A stretch of 64,000 nucleotides of DNA from assembly GCA_029567505.1 (NCBI GenBank), contig JAKPXO010000168.1:2828-66827 (forward strand), in the 5' to 3' direction. Below are positions 28,449 to 39,858 of the stretch, piece by piece; positions within the stretch are counted from its first letter, which is position 1; each line of letters begins with the position of its first letter. A program made the position numbers and the translations under genes. Below the pieces are notes generated by a model. It saw nothing but the letters and a program-made list of their open reading frames with translations. It had not been told where the DNA came from and ran no database searches. Source of the stretch: Acidobacteriota bacterium. Its GTDB lineage: Bacteria > Acidobacteriota > Thermoanaerobaculia > UBA5066.

Positions 28449-28817
28449 ATGACCGGGCGCCGGTGCCGAGCACTGCTCCTTCTCGCCGCGGGATGGCTCC
28501 TGCCGGCGGCGTTCTCGGCCGCGCTCATCCTGCACGAGATCGACCACGCGAACGATCCGGGTGCTCCGAGCGCCGCGGAGGCGCTCTTCCACGGACACCT
28601 CCATGCGGACGGCGAGGCGGGGCACCAGCACGCGTTCGTCGGGTCGCCGGACCTCGTCCGGTGCGGGGCGCGTTCGGCGATCGCCGCTCCGCCGTCCACG
28701 GCGGAAAGCCTCGCGCTGGCGCCCGCTGCGCCGCCCCGTGCGACGGTGGCACGGAGGGCCGAGCCCGACCCGGGCGGCCCGTCCCGGCAAGCCTTGCTGG
28801 CCACCTTCCGGATCTGA
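28449..28817 (+). CDS. small His-rich periplasmic hypothetical protein preceding czcCBA
   Basis: ATG within track ORF 28323..28817. A hydrophobic N-terminus is followed by HEIDHANDP and HGHLHADGEAGHQHAF. Confidence 0.45.
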   Translation: MTGRRCRALLLLAAGWLLPAAFSAALILHEIDHANDPGAPSAAEALFHGHLHADGEAGHQHAFVGSPDLVRCGARSAIAAPPSTAESLALAPAAPPRATVARRAEPDPGGPSRQALLATFRI

Positions 28818-28883
28818 GACCCACGGCCGCGGCCGAGAGGCTGCCCGTCCGCTCTCGTTCCCCGTTTCCGAGAGGAGGACCCC

Positions 28884-30122
28884 GTGACGTCCCGATTCCC
28901 GCTGCGCGCTTCGGCCGCGCTCCTCTTCCTCCTTCAGCCCGCCGCGCGGGCGGAGGAGCCTCTCTCCATCACGCAGGCGGAGCTCGTGGAGCGCGTGCTC
29001 GCGAGCGACCCGCGCCTCGCCGCGCTCGACGCCCGCGCCGCGGTCTCCCGGGCGGAGCCTCGCGCGGCGCGCCTGTGGACGAACCCCGCCCTCTCGGTCC
29101 GGCGCGAGTCGGTGTCGGAGGCCGGCGCATCCGCGGACGACACCTACCTCGAGCTGACCCTCCCTCTCGACGTCTCCGGCCGACGCGGGCTCCGGGCCGC
29201 GTCCCTCTCGGCCGGCGCGGAGGCCGTCTCGGGAGACGTGGAGGCGCGGCGCAACGAGCTCGTCCTCGGCGCCCTCGCGGCCTACCGCGACGCCGCCTGG
29301 GCCCGGGCCCGCGAGAGCGTCCTGCGAGAAGGGCGTGACGCCCTCGCCCGTGTGGCCACGGCCCTCCGGTCGCGACATTCGGAAGGCGATGTCTCGGGCT
29401 TCGACCTCGGACGCATCGAGACGGAGCGGGCCTCGTTCGACGACCTCCTCGCGGAGGCGACGACGGAAGCCGCGATCGCCGAAAGGGCCCTCGCGCGCGC
29501 GGCCGGGATTCCCGCCGGCGCGCTCCGGCCCGCGACGCCTCTGGAGGCGCCTGTTCTTCCCGACCCGTCCGCCACGCTCGTCTCAGACGCCCTCGCCTCG
29601 CGGGGGGAGCGGCGCGCCGCCGCGAGCCGCGTCCGCCAGGAGGAGGAGCTGGGCGTCGCGGCCGTGCGCGCCTGGATCCCCGGCTTCGAGCTCGGGGGCG
29701 GAGCGAAGTCGGTGAAGACCGCCGGCGAGACCGCCTCCGGCTGGGTGGCCGGGATCGGCCTGACCCTGCCGCTCTTCGACCGCGGGCAGGCCGAGAGGGA
29801 GAGGTCCCGCGCGCGGATCGCGGAGGCGAAGGCCGAGCTCGACGCGATCGACCGCCGGATCCGCGGCGAGGTCGAGGACGCCGCGACGCGCCTCGCCGAC
29901 GAGGTCTCCCGCCTTCACAACCTCGACACCGAGCAGTCCCCCCGTGCCGAAACGCTCGCCCGGCGCGCCGAGGTCGCCTTCAGCGAGGGCGAGATCGGCG
30001 CCTTCGAGCTGGCCGACGCCCACCGCACCGCCCGCGACGCCCGCCTGCGCGCTCTCGACGTGCGCCGGCAGGCGAGCCGCTCCGAGCTCGAGCTCTGGCG
30101 CGCCACCGGGAAGAGACCGTGA
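28884..30122 (+). CDS. czcC: TolC-family outer-membrane factor (CzcC-like)
   Basis: Signal peptide and OMF repeat architecture. First gene of the second RND operon. Confidence 0.8.
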   Translation: MTSRFPLRASAALLFLLQPAARAEEPLSITQAELVERVLASDPRLAALDARAAVSRAEPRAARLWTNPALSVRRESVSEAGASADDTYLELTLPLDVSGRRGLRAASLSAGAEAVSGDVEARRNELVLGALAAYRDAAWARARESVLREGRDALARVATALRSRHSEGDVSGFDLGRIETERASFDDLLAEATTEAAIAERALARAAGIPAGALRPATPLEAPVLPDPSATLVSDALASRGERRAAASRVRQEEELGVAAVRAWIPGFELGGGAKSVKTAGETASGWVAGIGLTLPLFDRGQAERERSRARIAEAKAELDAIDRRIRGEVEDAATRLADEVSRLHNLDTEQSPRAETLARRAEVAFSEGEIGAFELADAHRTARDARLRALDVRRQASRSELELWRATGKRP

Positions 30123-31687
30123 CGAGAGGACCCATGAACGACGACCGCCGCCTCAGAACGCCCCTTTCCCTCGCCCTCGCGGCCGTACTCCTGACCGGCG
30201 CCTGCGCGAAGACGAGCCACGAGGCCCACGACGAGCTCCCCGCCGTCCCGCTGACGGTCTGGACCGCGAAGACGGAGCTCTTCCTCGAGTACGAGCCGCT
30301 CGTCGCAGGGCGCGAGTCGCGCATGGCAGCCCACCTGACGGCGCTCGAGACGTTCCAGCCGCTCACCGAGGGCGTCGTCACGCTCCGACTCCGGATGGAA
30401 TCGGGCGAGGTGGTCACCGGAGAGGCGAAGGAGGCCGCACGCGCGGGGATCTTCCGGCCGAACGTGACTCCGGCGAAGTCCGGGAAGTGCCGCATCGAGG
30501 TCGAGGTCCGCGCTTCGAGCCTGACCGACCGCCTGGACGGCGGCGCCTGCGAGGTCTTCGCGGACGAGGCGGCCGCCCGGGCCGCGGCTGCCGAAGAGGA
30601 AGAGGCGGCCGGTGCCCGGATCGCGTTCCTGAAGGAGCAGCAGTGGAAGACCGACTTCGCGACGGCCCCGGCCGTCGAGCGCGACGCGCAGGCAACCGTC
30701 GAGGCGAGCGGGTCGCTCGTCCCGGTCGCCGGGCGCGAGGCACGTCTCTCGGCTCCCGCCTCGGGGCGCGTCGCGTTCGGCGAGACGGCTCCGGTGCCGG
30801 GAGCCTGGGTCCGCAAGGGCCAGCTCCTCGGCTGGATCTCGCCACGGCTCCCGGCCGGCAGCGACCGGCCGAGCCTCGAGGCCGAGATGCGGGCCACGGA
30901 GGCGGAGCGGGTCGCGGCCGATTCCCAGCTCGGCCGCGCGGAGCGGCTCCTCGCGGCAGAGGCGATCTCGAAGAGAGCCCACGAAGACGCGCAGGCGCGC
31001 GCGGCCGTCGCTCGCGCCCGAGCCTCGGCGGCCGCGGCGCGGGTCGCACAGTACGACGCCTCCGCCGGCTCGGGCTCGAGCACGGGCCTCTCCGGCCGGT
31101 TCGAGATCCGCTCGCCGCTCGACGGCACGCTCGTCTCGGTGGAGGCGGCCCCGGGCGAGATGGTGGAGGAGGGGCAGGCCCTCTTCCGTGTCGTCGACGC
31201 GGGGCGCGTCTGGCTGGAGGCCCGCGCGAACGAGGCCGACCTCTCGCGCCTCGAGGGGGCGAAGTCCGCCTGGTTCACCGTCGAGGGAGATGCCGCGCTC
31301 CACGAGGCCGGCCGCCTCCTCTCGTTCGGGCGGGTCGTCGATCCGGCGACGCGGACGGTCCCCGTCCTCTTCGCGGTCTCGAACGCGGACGGACGCCTCC
31401 GGGTCGGGCAGGCCGCGCGGGTCCGGCTCGCGACAGGCCCGTCCGTCCGCGCTCTCACGATCCCGGATTCGGCCGTCCTCGACGACGGCGGCAAGCCGGT
31501 GGCGTTCGTCCACGTCTCGGGGGAGGCCTTCGAGAGGCGCGTCCTCTCGCTCGGCGCGCCGGGAAAAGGCTGGGTCCAGGTCCTCGCGGGCCTCGCCCCG
31601 GGCGAGCGCGTCGTGACGAAAGGCGCGTACGAGATCAAGCTCGCCGCGGCCTCGGGCTCGATCCCGACGTCCGGCCACGTCCACTGA
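30119..31687 (+). CDS. czcB: RND periplasmic adaptor subunit (CzcB-like)
   Basis: GTGA overlap with czcC. Lipoprotein-like N-terminus (LLTGAC). HlyD-family coiled-coil and beta-barrel regions. Confidence 0.8.
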   Translation: MTRGPMNDDRRLRTPLSLALAAVLLTGACAKTSHEAHDELPAVPLTVWTAKTELFLEYEPLVAGRESRMAAHLTALETFQPLTEGVVTLRLRMESGEVVTGEAKEAARAGIFRPNVTPAKSGKCRIEVEVRASSLTDRLDGGACEVFADEAAARAAAAEEEEAAGARIAFLKEQQWKTDFATAPAVERDAQATVEASGSLVPVAGREARLSAPASGRVAFGETAPVPGAWVRKGQLLGWISPRLPAGSDRPSLEAEMRATEAERVAADSQLGRAERLLAAEAISKRAHEDAQARAAVARARASAAAARVAQYDASAGSGSSTGLSGRFEIRSPLDGTLVSVEAAPGEMVEEGQALFRVVDAGRVWLEARANEADLSRLEGAKSAWFTVEGDAALHEAGRLLSFGRVVDPATRTVPVLFAVSNADGRLRVGQAARVRLATGPSVRALTIPDSAVLDDGGKPVAFVHVSGEAFERRVLSLGAPGKGWVQVLAGLAPGERVVTKGAYEIKLAAASGSIPTSGHVH

Positions 31688-31701
31688 CGAGGCGGCCCGC
31701 C

Positions 31702-34700
31702 ATGATGGACCGCCTCATTCGCTGGTCGCTCCTCAACCGCCTCTTTGTCGTCGTCGCGGCGATCGCCGTCTCCCTCTACGGAGCGTTCACCGCGCTCCGT
31801 ATGCCCGTCGACGTCTTCCCCGACCTGACCGCGCCGACGGTCACCGTCCTGACGGAGGCCCACGGACTCGCGCCGCAGGAGGTCGAGACGCTCGTCACGT
31901 TCCCGATCGAGTCGGCGATCAACGGGGCGACCGGCGTCCGCCGCGTGCGGTCGGCCTCGGGCATCGGCATCTCGGTCGTCTGGGTCGAGTTCGACTGGGG
32001 GCGCGACATCTACGTCGCGCGTCAGGTCGTCAACGAGAGGCTCCAGCTCGTCGCGACCCAGATCCCTCCCGGCGTCGGGCCCCCGGCCCTCGCCCCGATC
32101 TCCTCGATCATGGGCGAGATCCTCTTCCTCGGCCTCGAGAGCGGCGTCCATTCGGGGCCCGAGCTGCGCGAGGCGGGCGACTGGGTCGTCCGCAAGCGAC
32201 TCCTCGCGCTTCCCGGCGTCGCGCAGGTCATCCCGATCGGCGGGGGCGTCAAGCAGTTCCAGGTCCTCGTCGAGCCGGGGAAGCTCCGCGCCCATGGCGT
32301 CACGTTCGAGGAGGTCGCCCGCGCCCTCGAGGAGTCGAACCAGAACACGAGCGGCGGGTTCCTCGTTCGCGGGCCCCAGGAGTGGCTCATTCGCGGTCTC
32401 GGCCGGATCGCCACGAACGAGGACGTCGCAAGGACCGTCGTGACCCAGCGGAACGGCGTCCCCGTCCTCGTCGGCCACGTCGCGAAGGTCGAGATCGGCC
32501 CGGCGCTGAAGCGGGGCGAGGGCTCGGCGAACGGCAAGCCCGCGGTCATCCTCGGCGTCCTCAAGCAGCCCGGTGCGAACACGCTCACGCTGACGGCCGA
32601 GGTCGATCGCGCCCTCGACGAGATTCAGCCAACGCTGCCGAGGGGTATGACGATCGAGCGCAAGCTCTTCCGTCAGGCCGACTTCATCCGCTCCGCCGTA
32701 AGGAACGTCTCGGTCGCGCTTCGCGACGGGGCGATCCTCGTCGCGATCATCCTCTTCTTCTTCCTCTTCAATTCCCGGACGACGCTCATCTCCCTCGTGG
32801 CGCTCCCCGTCTCGCTGATCGTCGCCGTCCTCGCCCTGAAGGCGATGGGGGCGACGTTCAACACGATGACGCTCGGGGGCCTTACGATCGCGATCGGCAG
32901 CCTCGTCGACGACGCGATCATCGACGTCGAGAACGTGTTCCGGCGCCTGCGTGAGAACCGCGCCCGGCCCCCCGAGGAGCGGGAGTCGGCCCGGGAGGTC
33001 ATCTACGCGGCGTCGACGGAGATCCGCGGCTCGATCGTCTTCGCGACGCTCATCGTCATGCTCGTCTTCGTCCCGCTCTTCTTCCTCACCGGCGTCGAGG
33101 GGCGGCTCCTCGCCCCTCTCGGCCTCGCCTATCTCGTCTCGATCTTCGCCTCCCTCGTCGTCGCCCTCACCGTCACGCCCGCGCTCTGCAGCTACTTCCT
33201 CGGCGACGCGAAGACGCTCGCGCACGGCGACAGCCTCCTCGTCCGCAAGCTCAAGGAGGCCTACCTCCCCTCGCTGAAGGCCGCCCTTCGGCACGGCAAG
33301 CTCGTCATGGCCGCGTCCGTCGTCCTCCTCCTCGGCGCGCTCCTCCTCGTTCCGTTCCTCGGCCGGACCTTCCTGCCGGAGTTCAACGAGGGAGCTCTCA
33401 CGCTGAGCGCCGTGACCCTTCCGGGGACCTCCCTCGAGGAGTCGGACAGGCTCGGGAGGCGCGTCGAGACGATCCTCCTCTCGCACCCCGAGGTGATCTC
33501 GACGGCGCGACGGACCGGCCGGGCCGAGCTCGACGAGCACGCGCAGGACGTCAACTCCGCCGAGATCGACGCGCGGTTCGAGCAGAAGGAACGGTCGAAG
33601 GACGAGTTCCTGAAAGCCCTCCGGGCCGACCTCGCGACGATCCCGGGGATGGTCATCCAGATCGGCGGGCCGCTCTCTCACCGGATCGACCACATGCTCT
33701 CCGGGACTCGCGCGAACATCGCCGTCAAGCTCTTCGGCGACGACATCTCCCAGCTCCGCTCGACCGCGGAGGAGATCCGCCGGGCGATGGAGAAGGTGGA
33801 GGGGATCGCCGACCTCTCCGTCGAGCAGCAGGTCGACATCCCGCAGCTCACCATCGCCTTCGACCGGGACCGGATCGCCCGCTACGGCCTTCGGGCCGGT
33901 CCGCTCGCCGAGACGATCGAGGCGGCCTACGCGGGCCGGAAGGTGACGCAGGTCCTCGAGAGCCAGCGGACGTTCGACGTCGTGATCCGGTACGAGGATT
34001 CGCACCGCGAGAGCGTCGAGGCCGTCCGGGCGACCCTCGTCGACACGCCGTCGGGCGCGAAGGTCCCGCTCGGGGCGCTCGCCACGATCCGCCAGGACGC
34101 GGGGCCGAACGTCGTGATGCGCGAGAACGCCCAGCGGCGCATCGTCGTCATGGCGAACATCGGCGGCCGCGACCTCGGGAGCGTCGTCGCCGACATCCGC
34201 GCCGCCGTGGCGCGCGACGTGAAGCTCCCCTCGGGCTACTACGTCGTCTACGGCGGCCAGTTCGAGAGCGAGGGGGAGGCGACGCGGACGATCGGGCTCC
34301 TCTCCCTCTTCGTCGTCGCCGGGATCTTCCTCCTCCTCTTCCTCGCCTTTCGCTCCGCCCGGACGGCGCTCCTCGTCATGGTGAACCTGCCGCTCGCCCT
34401 CATCGGCGGCGTCGTCGCCGTCAAGCTCGGCGGCGGCATCCTGAGCGTCGCCTCGCTCGTCGGCTTCATCACGCTCTTCGGCATCGCGACGCGCAACGGC
34501 ATCATGATGGTCTCCCACTACGAGCATCTCATGCACCGGGAGAAGGTCTCCTTCGACGAGGCGATCGAGCGCGGGTCGCTCGAGCGGCTCTCGCCGATCC
34601 TGATGACCGCCCTCTGCGCCGGCCTCGCCCTCATCCCGCTGGTCGTCGCCGGGGATCACCCCGGCAACGAGATCCAGGCGCCGATGGGGGTGGTCATCCT

Positions 34701-34812
34701 CGGCGGGCTCCTCTCTTCGACCGCCCTGAACATGCTGGTCCTGCCGGTCCTCTACCGGCGCTTCGCCCGGCCGCGCACGGGCGGCGAGCCCGCGGAGCCG
34801 ATCGAGGGCTGA
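31702..34812 (+). CDS. czcA: CzcA-type heavy-metal efflux RND permease
   Basis: MMDRLIRWSLLNRLFVVVAAIAVSLYGAFTALRMPVDVFPDLTAP... with the RND motifs LVDDAIIDVEN and DxxE. Confidence 0.95.
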   Translation: MMDRLIRWSLLNRLFVVVAAIAVSLYGAFTALRMPVDVFPDLTAPTVTVLTEAHGLAPQEVETLVTFPIESAINGATGVRRVRSASGIGISVVWVEFDWGRDIYVARQVVNERLQLVATQIPPGVGPPALAPISSIMGEILFLGLESGVHSGPELREAGDWVVRKRLLALPGVAQVIPIGGGVKQFQVLVEPGKLRAHGVTFEEVARALEESNQNTSGGFLVRGPQEWLIRGLGRIATNEDVARTVVTQRNGVPVLVGHVAKVEIGPALKRGEGSANGKPAVILGVLKQPGANTLTLTAEVDRALDEIQPTLPRGMTIERKLFRQADFIRSAVRNVSVALRDGAILVAIILFFFLFNSRTTLISLVALPVSLIVAVLALKAMGATFNTMTLGGLTIAIGSLVDDAIIDVENVFRRLRENRARPPEERESAREVIYAASTEIRGSIVFATLIVMLVFVPLFFLTGVEGRLLAPLGLAYLVSIFASLVVALTVTPALCSYFLGDAKTLAHGDSLLVRKLKEAYLPSLKAALRHGKLVMAASVVLLLGALLLVPFLGRTFLPEFNEGALTLSAVTLPGTSLEESDRLGRRVETILLSHPEVISTARRTGRAELDEHAQDVNSAEIDARFEQKERSKDEFLKALRADLATIPGMVIQIGGPLSHRIDHMLSGTRANIAVKLFGDDISQLRSTAEEIRRAMEKVEGIADLSVEQQVDIPQLTIAFDRDRIARYGLRAGPLAETIEAAYAGRKVTQVLESQRTFDVVIRYEDSHRESVEAVRATLVDTPSGAKVPLGALATIRQDAGPNVVMRENAQRRIVVMANIGGRDLGSVVADIRAAVARDVKLPSGYYVVYGGQFESEGEATRTIGLLSLFVVAGIFLLLFLAFRSARTALLVMVNLPLALIGGVVAVKLGGGILSVASLVGFITLFGIATRNGIMMVSHYEHLMHREKVSFDEAIERGSLERLSPILMTALCAGLALIPLVVAGDHPGNEIQAPMGVVILGGLLSSTALNMLVLPVLYRRFARPRTGGEPAEPIEG

Positions 34813-34899
34813 TCGACCGATTCGCCGCGGACCGGCCCGCTACATCCCGTTACATTCGCGACATCCCCCCGAAAGGGGCGGGCCCCAGATTCCTCCCCG

Positions 34900-35981
34900 A
34901 TGAGCAGGAGAATGAAACGGGCCTCCGTCCTCGGGGCGCTCCTCCTTTCGGGGACGATCGCCGCGTTCGTCTTCCGCGCCCCGGCCGCCCGGACTGGGGA
35001 CGGCCTCGAGAGGGTGCGGGTCGCGCGCGGGACGATCGGGACGAGCGTCAAGGCGACCGGGATCCTGAAGCCGATGGTGGGTGCCGAGGTACGGGTGGGG
35101 TCGCGCGCCTCCGGGGTCGTCGAGCGGCTCTTCGTCCGCGTCGGCGACGCGGTCGGGGCCGGCCAGGTCCTCGCGCGCCTCGACACCCGCGAGCTCGAGG
35201 CGCGGCGGGACGAGAGGCGGGCCGCGCTCGCGACGGCGGCCGCCGACCTCGCGTTCGCGCGGGCGGACCTCGCCCGCCGGAGCCGGCTCGCGGCCGAAGG
35301 GCTCCTCCCGCCGAGCGACCTCGAGGTGGCCGAGAGGGCGTTCGCCGTCGCCGGGACGCGAGAGGCGGAGGCACGGGCCGCCCTCATCAGCACCGAGGCG
35401 CAGCTCGGCTACGCGACGATCCGCGCCCCGATCGCCGGCGTCGTCGCGAACGTCGCGACGCAGGAGGGGGAGACGGTCGCCGCGAGCTTCGCCGCGCCGA
35501 CGTTCGTCACGCTCCTCGACCTCTCGCGCCTCGAGCTCTGGGCCTACGTCGACGAGACCGACGTCGGGCGCGTCCGCGCCGGGCAGGAGGTCACGTTCTC
35601 CGTCGACACCTACCCGGGCGTCGAGCTCCCCGGACGCATCGACACCATCTACCCGAAGGCGGAGATCCGCGACAACGTCGTCAACTACGTGGCCGTCGTC
35701 CGCTTCGCGCGCCCCGAGGGACGGGTCCTTCGGCCCGAGATGACCGCCTCCGTCCGCGTCGCGGTCGAGACGCGGACGGGCGTCCTGACGCTGCCGCGCC
35801 GGGCCGTTCGCCGCGACGGCTCCCGGACGTTCGTCCTCCTCGCGCGGCCGGGCTCCGCCCCCGAGCGGCGCCGGGTCACGACGGGGGCGGGCGACGAGAG
35901 CAGCTGGGAGATCCGCGAGGGTCTCTCCGAAGGGGACGAGGTCCTCGTCGGCGAGGCGGGCGGAACGGAAGGAGAGGAAGG

Positions 35982-35985
<4 letters not shown>
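34900..35985 (+). CDS. HlyD/MacA-like periplasmic adaptor of ABC efflux system
   Basis: N-terminal anchor. Coiled-coil hairpin, lipoyl and beta-barrel motifs (IRAPIAGVVANV). Confidence 0.8.
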
Positions 35986-36652
<667 letters not shown>

Positions 36653-36653
<1 letters not shown>

Positions 36654-37897
36654 TGAGGACCGGCCGGCTCGTCCTCGCGGCGTTCGCCTCCCTGCGCCGC
36701 TTCAAGCTCCGGAGCGCCGCGATGGTCGTCGGGAGCTTCGTCGGCGTCGCCGCCCTGACGCTCGTCGTCTCGGTCGGCGGCGGCGTCGAGCGGAAGGTCC
36801 TCTCGACCGTTCGGCAGATCTTCGGCGAGAGGTCGGTCCTCGTCGTCGCCGGGGGAAGCAACCTCCTGACCGGCCCGCGGGCGGGCGCGGCCCGCCTCAC
36901 GCTCGAAGACCTCGAGGCCGTCGCGCGCGAGGTGCCCCAGGTCGAGGCGTGGGACGCGCAGCAGATCCTCCCCGCCGCGCCGATCCGGCGCGCGGGACCC
37001 TCGACGACGGGCGAAGGCGGCCCCTCCGCCACGGCCCGCGTCGTCGGGCAGACCGAGAGGAGCCCGCGGGTCTGGTCGCGGACCGCCTCCGGCGGCGCGT
37101 TCTTCGACGCCGCCGCCGTCTCCTCCTCGGCCCGGGTCGTCGTGATCGGAGAGACGGTGGCCCGCGAGCTCTTCGGCAGCGAGGACCCCGTCGACTCCGA
37201 GATCCTCGTCGGCCCGGTCTCCTTCCGCGTCGTCGGCGTCCTCGAGAGGTTCGGCACCGACGTCCACGGGATGGACCGCGACGACGAGGTCGTCGTCCCA
37301 CTCACGACCGCCATGCGCCGCCTCCTGAACGTCGACACGATCGCGGGCGCCAAGCTCCTCGTCCGTTCCTCCGCCCGGACCGAAGCCGTCGGGCGCGAGG
37401 TGGCGCGCGTCCTCCGGGAACGCCACGGCCTCCCGCCCGGCAGGCCCGACGACTTCATGCTCATCACCGACGTCCAGGTCCGGAAGATGGTGGGGAACGT
37501 GCAGCGCGTCCTCTTCCTCTTCCTCCCGCTTGCAGCGGGCGTCTCTCTCCTCGCGGGGGGCGCGATCTCGGCCGCGCTCATGCTTTCCTCCGTCTCCGCC
37601 CGCGTTTCCGAGATCGGGATCCGGCGCGCCGTCGGCGCGAGGCCCGAGGACATCCGGCTCCAGTTCCTCCTCGAGAGCGCGTCGGCGGCCCTCACGGGGG
37701 CGGTCGCGGGCGTCGCGGTCGGCGCGGCGCTCGCCGAGCTGGCGGCGCGCCGCATGCAGCTCGGGAGCGTCCTCTCGGTCCGGGCGGTGCTCCTCGGCCT
37801 CCTTGCCTCTCTCGCCGTCGGCCTCGCGGCAGGGGTCCTCCCCGCGCGGCGCGCGGCGGCCCTTCCGCCGGCCGAGGCGCTCGCCGCTCGGGGATAG
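36653..37897 (+). CDS. ABC transporter permease, FtsX/MacB family (first of two)
   Basis: ATG overlaps the upstream TGA (TGATG). An N-terminal TM segment, a large periplasmic domain, and a C-terminal 3-TM FtsX domain. Confidence 0.8.
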
Positions 37898-37951
37898 CGT
37901 GAGCCGCCGCGAGATCCGCAACGCCGGTGGCCGGCGCCCGGGGACGGAGCG

Positions 37952-39172
37952 ATGAGGCTCCGGCGGCACCTCGGCCCATCGGTCCGCGCGCTCCTCGCAC
38001 ATGGCCTCCGCGCGCTGCTCGCGGTCGGGAGCGTGGCGGTCGGCATCGCCTCCGTCCTCGTCACGAGCGGCGTCGGAGACGGCGCCCGTGCCGAGGTCGC
38101 GCGGAGCCTCGGCTCGATGGCGACGGACCTCGTCGTCGTCCGGCCCGCGGAGGCGAAGCGCCTGGTGGCGCGGAGGACGGTGCGGGGCGCGGTGCCGACG
38201 CTGACCTCGGAGGACGCCGAGGCGATCGCCCGCCTCGCGTCCGTCTCCGCTGTCTCCCCCGTCGCCGAGGCGCGCGCTCTCGTGAAGGCCGGCGCGGCCT
38301 CGACTCAGGTGAGCGTCCTCGGCACCGGCCCCGCGTACGCGGAGCTGCGGAAGTTTCGGGTGGCGAGGGGGCGCTATCTCGACGAGGAGAACGATCGGAT
38401 CGCGTCGCGCGTGGCGGTCCTCGGCGCCCGGGTCGCCGAGAGCCTCTTCGCGGGCGAAGACCCGGTGGGGCGGACGGTCCGCATCCGCCGCGCCCCCTTC
38501 GAGGTCATCGGCGTCCTCGCCTCGCGCGGGGCGTCGGCGAACGGCTCCGACGAGGACAACCTCGTCGCCGTCCCTCTCCGGACGGCGCTCCGTCGCCTCC
38601 TGAACGTCACCTGGCTCTCGTCGATCGCCGTCACGCTGCGCGAGGACGCCTCTCCGGCCGCGGCCGAGGCCCTGATACGGGACCTCCTGCGTCGCCGCCA
38701 CCGTCTCGACGTCCGCGGCGCACCGGACGACTTCACGATCCAGGGGCAGGAGAAAATGGCGGCGATGCAGAGGACGGCAGTCCGGTCGCTCACTCTCCTG
38801 ACGTCGGGCCTCGCGGGCGTCGCGCTCGCCGTGGGCGGCGCCGGGATCCTCGCGCTGATGCTCCTCTCGGTCCGGGAACGGACCGCCGAGATCGGGGTGC
38901 GTCTCGCCGTGGGCGCCACCCCCGCCGACGTCCTCGTCCAGTTCCTCGGCGAGGCGGCGCTCCTCGCCCTCGCCGGCGGCGCCGGCGGCGCCCTCCTCGG
39001 GGCCGCCGGGGCCTTTGCGGTGGCGTCGGCCACAGGCTGGAAAGTCGTCGTCCCCGCCGGCGCGTACACGGTCGCCCTCGCGACCTCCCTCCTCCTCGGG
39101 CTCGCCTCCGGCGCGGTCCCCGCCGCGCTCGCCTCGCGAGTCCCGCCGATCGAGGCGCTGGCGTCACGATGA
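37952..39172 (+). CDS. ABC transporter permease, FtsX/MacB family (second of two)
   Basis: Same architecture as the preceding gene and a paralogue of it. Confidence 0.8.
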   Translation: MRLRRHLGPSVRALLAHGLRALLAVGSVAVGIASVLVTSGVGDGARAEVARSLGSMATDLVVVRPAEAKRLVARRTVRGAVPTLTSEDAEAIARLASVSAVSPVAEARALVKAGAASTQVSVLGTGPAYAELRKFRVARGRYLDEENDRIASRVAVLGARVAESLFAGEDPVGRTVRIRRAPFEVIGVLASRGASANGSDEDNLVAVPLRTALRRLLNVTWLSSIAVTLREDASPAAAEALIRDLLRRRHRLDVRGAPDDFTIQGQEKMAAMQRTAVRSLTLLTSGLAGVALAVGGAGILALMLLSVRERTAEIGVRLAVGATPADVLVQFLGEAALLALAGGAGGALLGAAGAFAVASATGWKVVVPAGAYTVALATSLLLGLASGAVPAALASRVPPIEALASR

Positions 39173-39858
39173 CGCTCCGCGTCCTCCTCGTGGACGACGA
39201 CGAGGCGCTCACGGCCCTCCTCGTCGAGTACCTCGCGCGGTTCGACATGGCGGCCACGGCGGCGGCGCACCCGCAGGAGGCCTTCCGGCTCCTCAGGGCC
39301 GCCCCACCCGACGTCCTCGTCCTCGACGTGATGCTCCCCGGGATGGACGGCTTCGCCGTCTGCCGGAAGGTGCGCGAGACGAGCGACGTGCCGATCGTCA
39401 TGCTCACCGCGCGGGGCGACCTCGCCGACCGCGTCGTCGGCCTCGAGCTGGGCGCCGACGACTACGTACCGAAGCCGTTCGAGCCGCGCGAGCTCGTGGC
39501 CCGCATCCAGGCCGTCCACCGCCGCCGCTCGAAGGGGGCAGAGGAGGAGCTCCTCAGGTCCGGCACGGTCGTCGTCGACCTCGCGACGCACACCGCCCGC
39601 CTCGGGGACGAGGAGCTTCCGCTCTCGACCGCGGAGCTCCGCCTCCTCGCGCTCTTCCTCCGCCACCCGGGTCGCGTCCTCTCGCGGGAGCGCCTCCTCG
39701 ACGAGACGCGCGGCGCCGGCTTCGAGGCCTACGACCGGTCGATCGACGTCCTCGTCAGCCGGCTCCGCCAGAAGCTCGGCGACGACGCCCGTCACCCGCG
39801 CTTCGTCCGTACCGTCCGCGGCGCCGGCTACTGCTTCGTGGGGGTCCGCGATGGCTGA
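39169..39858 (+). CDS. OmpR-family response regulator
   Basis: ATGA overlap with the permease gene. REC plus winged-helix domains ([15 protein letters not shown]...). Confidence 0.9.
   Translation: MTLRVLLVDDDEALTALLVEYLARFDMAATAAAHPQEAFRLLRAAPPDVLVLDVMLPGMDGFAVCRKVRETSDVPIVMLTARGDLADRVVGLELGADDYVPKPFEPRELVARIQAVHRRRSKGAEEELLRSGTVVVDLATHTARLGDEELPLSTAELRLLALFLRHPGRVLSRERLLDETRGAGFEAYDRSIDVLVSRLRQKLGDDARHPRFVRTVRGAGYCFVGVRDG

Noticed and set aside
29944-34812. 1622-aa track ORF fusing the czcC/czcB region with czcA; also 29980..34659 - (1559 aa)
   Set aside because: Only the last 1036 codons (from ATG 31702) are CzcA. The upstream part is out of frame with czcC and czcB and has no homology. 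The minus-strand ORF is antisense junk.
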